This document shows positions 37,958 through 44,362 of a stretch of DNA of 64,000 bases, piece after piece. Under the pieces are notes generated by a model, which saw only the letters and a program-made list of their open reading frames with translations, did no database searches and was not told where the DNA came from. How positions within the stretch are numbered: position 1 is the first letter of the stretch; each line of letters starts with the position of its first letter. This DNA is from an uncultured bacterium (GTDB lineage Bacteria > Cyanobacteriota > Cyanobacteriia > Cyanobacteriales > Chroococcidiopsidaceae): NCBI GenBank assembly GCA_964250845.1, contig CAXUIG010000002.1, forward strand, positions 13,149-77,148. The letters are read 5' to 3'. The translations under genes and the position numbers were made by a program.

Positions 37958-39523
37958 TTATCCAGAGACTGCAGCTAACTGTGCTTCAAGCGTTTTCACT
38001 TTATCTGACAAATCCTTGACAGCGTTTACCAGGGTGAAAGTAAGCTCTGAAAGGTCTGTCATTAAAAGGTCTGACAACTCGCCCTTTTGTGTTTGTAAAA
38101 CCATGCTGGGGGCAATTTTTCGCAACTCCTGGGCGACAAAACCTACATACTGCTTACCTACTTCACTGCCCTTGGCATCAAACTCCGGCTTATAACGGAA
38201 TTTCACTGGTGACAGTTGCTCAATAAGTTCTAATCCCTGCTTGTAAGGCGTAATATTTGTTTTTGCTCTAGCGTCTGAAAGCGCCGCAAAGCTGCCACCA
38301 CCCGTCTTGGAAGCGTTGCCGGAAATACTTAAGGTCTGGTCGGGGTTTGAGGTATTGATTCCCACTCTCTGTGTTGATGAAAATATATTTATCGCTTCCC
38401 AACCATTATTAACGTTACCTGGTACATAAACCGTAATTACATCACCGGGGTTTGAATCAGGGCGGTTATAACCCCAACGAGTCAACTTAGATTTGGAGTT
38501 ATCTATTGACCAACTCGGACCCCAAAGATCAATCCCGCCCTCGGCGTTAAAAGCAGCAATTCCCTTAGGACACAACCTAAATGGGTCTTTACCAGCTACG
38601 TTAAAGTAAAGCTTGTCATCGTTATAGTTTTGCTCTATTTTAGTTTTTGTGGTGGTGCCGTCAGTATCACAAAACTCAAACCTATTAACAACGGTTGTAG
38701 CATCTTTACGGCTGATTCTAATCCCCTCATTGCCTGCTGCCGTGATCTGAAGCTTTTGTTGAGGGCTATTATTTCCTACCCCAAATTTCCCATCACCTGA
38801 AAACGTCAAGTTGAATCCAGCGCTGGGAATATCTGTATTATGCAGAAGATTTTGACCTAATTCAATAACTGAACCGCTCGTTAACAATCCATTTCTAGCT
38901 GTTGGGCTAATGTTGACAGTGGAATTTGTTACCGACAGAGTTAAATCGCCGGTAGCAGGGTCAAAAGCAAGCGTTTGTTCCTCTGCCGCCTGTGCAATTG
39001 CTGGTATGGTTGATAAATCGATAGTGTTGCCATTGCTGATACCTAGCACGTTCTCGGTGAGCGTGAGAGTTTGAACATCTCTACCCTGTGGAAACGCCGC
39101 TGACAGGTCTACAGTTGCGTTTTTATCGTTAACTGTAGATGTAAGCGTTGTTCCGGTCAACGTCATCGTGTGAGTTGTCGCGTCGTTCAGCGCCTGTGGT
39201 GTGATTGCAGATTGCTGTACTCCTGGTGGCACTGGTACTGGTACGAGCAGCCCTAATTCTTGCCCTGGAACAGGTGCTATCGTTTCGACATTAATCGAGG
39301 AGGTCTTGTTCTTAAAGTCGTCGCCCACCCAGCTAACGTCGCTGGTAAAGGTCTTACTCGTGCCCTCACATCCAGTCGCTTCGTAGACGGTGACCTTTAT
39401 GCCTGCTGGCACTTTTAACGAACTCAACTTATCGTTGCCGAAAATGTCATACTTGCCCGGCTCAAGTTCTTGGTAGGCTCCTTGGAAGTTAGTGCCTGCA
39501 TAGATCATAACTTTGTCTGACAT
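37958..39523 (-). CDS. Tail-fibre-like protein: N-terminal beta/gamma-crystallin-type domain, Thr/Asn-rich fibre region, and C-terminal peptidase-S74 intramolecular chaperone domain.
   Basis: ORF track, 521 aa. N-terminus: MIYAGTNFQGAYQELEPGKYD...DKLSSLKV (Greek-key-like). C-terminus: LSDARAKTNITPY...LSPVKFRYK...GFVAQELRKIAP...coiled coil. This matches the SDxRxK auto-cleavage motif and layout of S74 chaperone domains. Confidence 0.8.
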   Translation of the reverse strand: MSDKVMIYAGTNFQGAYQELEPGKYDIFGNDKLSSLKVPAGIKVTVYEATGCEGTSKTFTSDVSWVGDDFKNKTSSINVETIAPVPGQELGLLVPVPVPPGVQQSAITPQALNDATTHTMTLTGTTLTSTVNDKNATVDLSAAFPQGRDVQTLTLTENVLGISNGNTIDLSTIPAIAQAAEEQTLAFDPATGDLTLSVTNSTVNISPTARNGLLTSGSVIELGQNLLHNTDIPSAGFNLTFSGDGKFGVGNNSPQQKLQITAAGNEGIRISRKDATTVVNRFEFCDTDGTTTKTKIEQNYNDDKLYFNVAGKDPFRLCPKGIAAFNAEGGIDLWGPSWSIDNSKSKLTRWGYNRPDSNPGDVITVYVPGNVNNGWEAINIFSSTQRVGINTSNPDQTLSISGNASKTGGGSFAALSDARAKTNITPYKQGLELIEQLSPVKFRYKPEFDAKGSEVGKQYVGFVAQELRKIAPSMVLQTQKGELSDLLMTDLSELTFTLVNAVKDLSDKVKTLEAQLAAVSG

Positions 39524-39653
39524 AGTTTTAACTCCTTTATTTACTGGACTAGAAACCTGGGACAGCCATGTTAAACTGGCTCAAAAGTTAAGGTACAAAT
39601 ACAAACTTTACCTGCCCTAACTTTATTAAGTCAAGACATTTACCACCTTCTTT

Positions 39654-39855
39654 CTTAACTGTCTTAACTGTCTTAACTGTCTCAATTTTATCCTTTAATT
39701 TTTTCCTTAAGTGTCTTATGTGGTATTGACTTTTTCCTGTAATAAGGAAAATATTAATATGAAATATTGTTAAATACCTTAGCTCGACTTTGTTCATTTG
39801 CCAAATTCTCAACTAAGGAAGCAATATGAGAAAATGCTCTCAGTGCTCAAATCTA
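39654..39855 (+). repeat. Copy 1 of a duplicated promoter-like region (CTTAACTGT x3 plus about 170 bp), homologous to 42980..43220.
   Basis: cttaactgt occurs three times in tandem at 39654-39680. Blocks shared in the same order with copy 2: ccttaagtgtcttat, attgacttt, gaaaatatt, attgttaaa, ttagctcgacttt, agcaata.gagaaaatgc.ctcagtg.tcaaatc. Confidence 0.7.
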
Positions 39856-39980
39856 TTTGATCAATGTCATCATTGAAGATAAAGATTTTGCTAAGTTTAT
39901 TAAAACGTTATCACTTTACGGCGTTGGTCTTGTCTTGGTAACGCTCTTGGGGTTGTGTTGCAATTGGATAACACCACCTG

Positions 39981-40531
39981 TTATTTGACCTGTAGCCAAT
40001 TGAAGATTTGTCCAATTGTGAGTTGCAGATTCGAGGCGAAGTCAGGAACACTTAGCACATCATTTAGCTCCTCCTCCAGTTCTGGCTGCTGTCCGGGAGG
40101 ATAGAGCAGGATGGAGCGTTCCGCTGGCTCGATAAGCCATCCCATGAGAGAGCCATGCTTGAGACTGTGCAGAATTTTGCGAGTTGTTTTAGTAGAGGAT
40201 TGTTCTGGACTGAGGATTTCAATGATCCAGTCTGGATGAGATTCAAAGGCGTTGGCAATCGTGCCGCCGGGGTTAGTGGGGATGCGCTCCCAGGTAAAGA
40301 CAGCGATATCGAGGACGATTGAGCGTCCTCCAAAGGTACAGCGTAGTTCTGGAAGAGCAAGAGCAATACGCAGATCTTCTACTACTGCGTTGATAGCAGG
40401 ATGCGGCTGTGTTCTCCTTGTGGCATTGGTTTTTGAATAATCTGTCCATCAATGAATTCCCTGGCAGGTTTAGTTTCGGGCAGGAGCAGAAACTCATTTA
40501 GGGTGATGGAATTAAGAGAAGTTTGTACCAT
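39981..40531 (-). pseudogene. Uma2-family (DUF820, PD-(D/E)XK-like) endonuclease gene disrupted by an internal out-of-frame deletion.
   Basis: From ATG 40531: MVQTSLNSITLNEFLLLPETKPAREFIDGQIIQKPMPQGEHSRIL, then a stop at 40381-40383. A shifted frame continues from about 40393: INAVVEDLRIALALPELRCTFGGRSIVLDIAVFTWERIP...HPDWIIEILSPEQSSTKTTRKILHSLKHGSLMGWLIEP...IFNWLQVK, with its stop at 39981-39983. Confidence 0.75.
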
Positions 40532-40734
40532 CCGTCATTACTCCCAGTCGTGGACTGTGTCCTTATTCTAACTAGGGACGAGCGTCGGCATTGTCAAGTT
40601 AACGGAACGAATCTGTCAGAACTGGATTCAAACGGAAGAGTACAAATACTGGTTCTGGTATGCTAATAGCCATAAAGCAGCATCCGTTGGCAAACCATGA
40701 AGTCTTTTGTTACCCTTACCAGGGGTGAACTGAT

Positions 40735-41476
40735 TCATTCTTCGTCGGGGTTAATACCTGCTGCCCGTAAGCGCTCTGCCAACTGCTCGGCTCTTTGCTG
40801 CTCCTGTTTAGCTATTTCCTCCGGCAATAAGACTAATCTCTCTTGGCGATCGTAGAATCGTAACCACTGGCAAGTTCCCGTTGGCGGCTCGCGTCGTATG
40901 CATCCTGACCATGTCCCTAGCCATAGCTCTAAGCTTTCACACCACAACCAACCATGCTCGTTTGCTATCAGAGGTTGATATTGCTGTGCAGCGTCTAGGT
41001 GCCAGCCCTCCAACGACTCCGGGTCAAACGGATCGTAAATACAGTACTCTCTGGTGCGAAATGTTCGTTCGTAGAGCCGCTTTCTGATTCCTTTGTCTAT
41101 CTTTGCCGTGCTGGGCGACATCAGCTCGACAATCACGTCAGGATACCGTCCTTCCTCCTCCCAGATTACCCAACCCTGGCGCTCGCGACTGCCATCTACA
41201 TCCAGAGCCACAAAAAAATCTGGTCCTTTGAAAATCTCGGTTCATTGCTTGAGAGCGGCTGTAGTAGACGAACATATTGCCACCGACGAAAAAGTCTGTT
41301 CGCTCCGCTAGGGCTGTCAGGACCGAATCAATCAAGACATTCATTGCAATCCGATGGCGATTCGTATCCATTGGCTCTCCATCATCAAAAACTAAATCGG
41401 TTGGAGGCTCAGGCGGCTCCCAAATTTCTGCTTGGAGAGATAACACTTCCTGCTCGGCAGTTACTTTAGCGGTCAT
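40735..41476 (-). pseudogene. Uma2-family endonuclease gene with a +1 frameshift, or a sequencing error in a short homopolymer.
   Basis: Track ORFs 41138..41476 (…DLVFDDGEPMDTNRHRIAMNVLI…VYYSRSQAMNRDF) and 40735..41211 (ALDVDGSRERQGWVIWEEEGRYPDVIVELMSPST…) are the two halves of one protein. The frames switch at gattttcaaagg (about 41231-41236). Removing one T restores NRDFKGPDFFVALDV. Confidence 0.75.
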
Positions 41477-41591
41477 GGCTTTGTTAGAGGGTAGAGTGCC
41501 GATTCACTTTTAAGCGAGACTGAGACCGGAAAGCCATCCGATGGGTACAATCATCCGTTCAGTTGCAGTCATTATAGCGCTGAAAGCGTAA

Positions 41592-41632
41592 CAAAAGTGC
41601 AGGCAAATCTTTGGTCGAAGTGTTTGGGGCGT
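41592..41632 (+). repeat. Left arm of a perfect 41-nt inverted repeat flanking the intact Uma2 gene.
   Basis: caaaagtgcaggcaaatctttggtcgaagtgtttggggcgt. Its exact reverse complement is at 42594-42634, and weaker similarity continues for about 15 nt more. Confidence 0.85.
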
Positions 41633-41751
41633 TTTTACAGGGAATTTTGTAATGATTCAGGTGGGGGGTATTTTTACTAGCAATCCACTTCGATTTCGTT
41701 GCTGTTAAAGTGGCAAAAGCGTGGATTTAAGTACAATAGCTAGAGGATCAG

Positions 41752-41883
41752 AAGCCAGCTCTCACCTCAATCTTGAATAGCGAATTCTGACACTTTCCTT
41801 CCATATCACTACTAAGGACGACAGCCAGAGTATAACAAGCCAGCTCTCACCTCAATCTCCCAAGCGCGAGTTCTGACACTTTC
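41752..41883 (+). repeat. Two direct copies of a 46-47-nt unit just upstream of the intact Uma2 gene.
   Basis: The units span 41752-41797 and 41837-41883. Both read aagccagctctcacctcaatct, then an 11-12 nt variable stretch, then ttctgacactttc. Confidence 0.85.
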
Positions 41884-41921
41884 GGCTAAATTAAAGTCAG
41901 CCATTTGTTGAGTATAAGTCT

Positions 41922-42470
41922 ATGACTTCAGCGATTCAAACACTTACGCTAGAAGCCTTCCTGCATCTCCCAAACATTGAGGAATCTCCTGCTTGGGAAT
42001 TCATTGATGGAGAGATGTTACAAAAACCGATGCCCACAACTCATCACAGCATCTTGCAAAAGCGATTGGTTGCTGCAATTGACCAAGCACAGAGCCAATA
42101 TGAAGCGTTTCCTGAGTTGCGTTGTGTGCTGAGTCAACAGTCGGTAGTCCCCGATGTGGCTGTGATTCTAAACCAGCGTGTACCTTCCGAAAATAGTCCA
42201 GTGCAAGGTGCGCCTGATTGGATTATCGAGATTCTGTCGCCTGAGCAGAGTACGACCAAGTTGATTGCGAAGATTCAAATCTGTCTGACGGAAGGCGCGC
42301 AACTAGGCTGGCTGCTCGATTCTACAGAACGGGTGATAATGGTGTTCTGGAGCGATCGCCCTCTCGCCATCATCTCTGGAGAGACGGTTGTGCCTGTCCT
42401 TCCAGGAGTAAACCTCCAGATGAGGGCAAAACAAATTTTTGACTGGTTACAGCCACGACGAGCGAAATGA
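41922..42470 (+). CDS. Uma2-family (DUF820) putative endonuclease, intact.
   Basis: ORF track, 182 aa. Family hallmarks: EFIDGEMLQKPMPTTHHS, PELRCVL, PDVAV, APDWIIEILSPEQSTTKL, GAQLGWLLD. Confidence 0.85.
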   Translation: MTSAIQTLTLEAFLHLPNIEESPAWEFIDGEMLQKPMPTTHHSILQKRLVAAIDQAQSQYEAFPELRCVLSQQSVVPDVAVILNQRVPSENSPVQGAPDWIIEILSPEQSTTKLIAKIQICLTEGAQLGWLLDSTERVIMVFWSDRPLAIISGETVVPVLPGVNLQMRAKQIFDWLQPRRAK

Positions 42471-42473
42471 TGC

Positions 42474-42859
42474 CACATAGATCAGAAATTGGTGTCTGAG
42501 TAGACTGACCTCACCCCGATGCGGGAACCAAATCCGACAATCGCCCCACTGTGCAGAGATTCAGCGCTTCCATCCAAGGAATACCTCGTAAAGACGCCCC
42601 AAACACTTCGACCAAAGATTTGCCTGCACTTTTGGCATCTGGCAGGAAGGAACGTAGGAACTGCACAAACGCTACCCTATTCTCCGCTTGCACGCCTATG
42701 CAGGTAGGTTTCCCGCTCCGAACCAAAATAGATCACTGCAGTCCGTTGCTGGTTTTTAAGTTGAGATGCTGTTGCCACTGTCACCACTCCTGATTTCTCA
42801 GTAGAAGTTTACGCAAAAAAACCTCATTCTGCGCCAGACACCAATTTCTGATCTATGTG
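42474..42859. repeat. 386-bp segment bounded by perfect 25-bp terminal inverted repeats (MITE-like). It contains the right arm of the 41-nt inverted repeat.
   Basis: cacatagatcagaaattggtgtctg at 42474-42498 and its exact reverse complement at 42835-42859. I saw no obvious target-site duplication. Confidence 0.6.
42594..42634 (-). repeat. Right arm of the perfect 41-nt inverted repeat.
   Basis: Exact reverse complement of 41592-41632. Confidence 0.85.
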
Positions 42860-42979
42860 AGAAATTAATGAGACTAAATCGCAATAAATTGGAGTATTAT
42901 CTACGAGGTATTCGGGCTATGGAGCTGGTTTTATCTACTTTTTAGCTTTCATGTCGCCCCCGCAGCTATAGCATCCTCT

Positions 42980-43220
42980 CTTAACTGTCTTAACTTTATC
43001 CTTAAGTGTCTTATCTGGGATTGACTTTATTCTGCAATCATGAAAATATTTATTGGCTCTATTGTTAAACACCGATTAGCTCGACTTTATTTATGATCAG
43101 CGTATAATTTATCTTTGGCAAATGGAGTGGAGTCAGTAGTTTCCAATATCTGTTTGAAAAACAACTGCAAAATCCCCCACCCAGAAAGCAATACGAGAAA
43201 ATGCGCTCAGTGATCAAATC
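42980..43220 (+). promoter_or_regulatory. Copy 2 of the duplicated region. Likely promoter/leader of the LeuB-like/LeuDC-like operon, with CTTAACTGT motifs and a TTGACT box.
   Basis: cttaactgtcttaact at 42980-42995 and cttaagtgtc at 43001-43010. TTGACT at 43020-43025 is followed after about 17-18 nt by aaatatt. The same TTGACT-spacer-aaatatt arrangement is conserved in copy 1 (39727 onward). Confidence 0.4.
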
Positions 43221-43279
43221 CCTTGCTGCTGAGCAAGAACGCTATTTTACAGCCAACGAGGTGTTGGAGTTATGGGAAA

Positions 43280-44362
43280 ATGGGGTCTTTAAGTAATCCA
43301 TCATATCGGATCGTCGCCATTCCTGGGGAAGGGATTGGGCCAGAAGTTGTGGAAGCTTCCTTAAAAATTCTGCAACAGGTGGCTAAACTTGAAGGATTTA
43401 CCCTGCAGGTAGACTATGGCTGGCTCGGCGCAACTGCCTTCAAAAAACTGGGTAGTTACTTCCCTCAAGCTACCGCCCAACTGTGCGAAACAGCCGATGG
43501 GATTGTATTTGGTGCGATTACCCAAGGCGGACTGCTAGAACTACGAAAGCACTTCGACTTTTTTTGCAATCTTCGCCCAATCCGTAGCGTTAAAAGTCTC
43601 CTGAATAAATCTAGCCTTCGACCAGAGAAAGTTCAAGGACTCGATATTCTGATTATTCGAGAACTGGTCAGTGGGATCTATTTTGGACCATCTGGACGGT
43701 CTTGCGATCGCCAAGGAACTTACGGATACCATACGATGCGCTATTACGATGAGGAGATTCGTCGGATCGCTCGCGCGGCGTTGCAGCAAGCCCAACGTCG
43801 CCGAGGATTACTCACCGTAGCCCACAAAGAAAATGCCTTGCCCCATTTGCCCTGGACTTGTCTAGTGCAAGAAGAAGCCACACAGTTTCCAGGCGTTGTC
43901 GTCGAGCCAATGCTGGTGGATAACTTAGCCATGCAAATGGTTTTCAATCCGCAGCGGTTTGATGTGATTTTGGCGGGAAATCTGTTTGGAGATATTCTTA
44001 GCGATATTGGCGGTGCATTAGTTGGCTCAATCGGCTTATTAGGATCAGCCAGTCTTAACGCTAATGGATTTGGGCTGTACGAAGCCATTCACGGCACAGC
44101 CCCAGACATTGCCGGAAAGGGAATTGCTAATCCCCTCGGAACTCTCGGAGCTTGTATTTTAATGCTTCAGCAATGGGGAGAGGCACAAGCCGCCCAACGG
44201 ATTATTGAAGCACAAGACCGAATTTTATCCCAGGGATACCGGACAGCCGATTTGTCTCCCCAAGGAAAAGAAATTTTTGTCAACACTGAAACCTTAGTTG
44301 ACCTTTTGCTTGATGAAGTTTCAACCGTGCAACATTCTGCACTAGGAGTGATTCATGAGTAA
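43280..44362 (+). CDS. hphB: Isopropylmalate/isocitrate dehydrogenase-family enzyme (LeuB-like). Candidate HphB of homophenylalanine/homotyrosine biosynthesis.
   Basis: The track ORF starts at TTG 43223. I prefer ATG 43280, which has GGAG 11-14 nt upstream and gives MGSLSNPSYRIVAIPGEGIGPEV. Motifs: NLFGDILSD and HGTAPDIAGKGIANP. It is adjacent to an anabaenopeptin-type NRPS, as reported for Nostoc punctiforme hph genes (from memory). Confidence 0.65.
   Translation: MGSLSNPSYRIVAIPGEGIGPEVVEASLKILQQVAKLEGFTLQVDYGWLGATAFKKLGSYFPQATAQLCETADGIVFGAITQGGLLELRKHFDFFCNLRPIRSVKSLLNKSSLRPEKVQGLDILIIRELVSGIYFGPSGRSCDRQGTYGYHTMRYYDEEIRRIARAALQQAQRRRGLLTVAHKENALPHLPWTCLVQEEATQFPGVVVEPMLVDNLAMQMVFNPQRFDVILAGNLFGDILSDIGGALVGSIGLLGSASLNANGFGLYEAIHGTAPDIAGKGIANPLGTLGACILMLQQWGEAQAAQRIIEAQDRILSQGYRTADLSPQGKEIFVNTETLVDLLLDEVSTVQHSALGVIHE

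Noticed and set aside
37458-39523. A prophage or tailocin remnant (tail-fibre gene plus a small holin-like membrane protein).
   Set aside because: There are no capsid, baseplate, sheath, terminase, integrase or lysin genes in the vicinity. The small membrane protein also has a paralogue in a non-phage context at 46119.
37249-39682. A possible CRISPR array formed by the CTTAACTGT / ACAGTTAAG tandem repeats.
   Set aside because: The units are only 9-10 nt long and are directly adjacent or separated by 2 nt. There are no spacers and no cas genes. They are better explained as a binding-site array or microsatellite.
40064-40497. Track ORFs 40064..40366(-), 40273..40497(-) and 40252..40440(+) as possible genes.
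   Set aside because: They are wrong-frame readings of the decayed Uma2 gene. The family-typical sequence appears only when the two correct frames are joined across the lesion near 40393.
40735-41476. Two separate genes, or programmed frameshifting, for 41138..41476 and 40735..41211.
   Set aside because: The two parts are the N- and C-terminal halves of one Uma2 protein, joined by removing a single T. There is no slippery heptamer with a downstream structure, so a pseudogene or a sequencing error is the simpler reading.
42511-42726. The 71-aa minus-strand ORF and overlapping plus-strand ORFs inside the inverted-repeat-bounded 386-bp segment, as a possible transposase fragment.
   Set aside because: I recognise no transposase or other motif. 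Several overlapping ORFs of similar length occupy the same DNA. The partial peptide match (KSAGKSLVEVFGA) to 41592-41632 simply reflects the 41-nt DNA repeat.
43223-43279. A TTG start at 43223 that extends the LeuB-like protein by 19 aa.
   Set aside because: The extension (LLSKNAILQPTRCWSYGK) has no counterpart in the family. ATG 43280 has a GGAG at proper spacing and begins just before the conserved IVAIPGEGIGPEV.
43201-43296. A 31-aa sORF (MRSVIKSLAAEQERYFTANEVLELWENGVFK) overlapping the start of the LeuB-like gene. Its first codons are also present in the duplicated copy at about 39833.
   Set aside because: The copy-1 version stops after 8 codons, there is no recognisable motif, and the similarity is explained by the DNA-level duplication. 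There is not enough evidence to call it a leader peptide.
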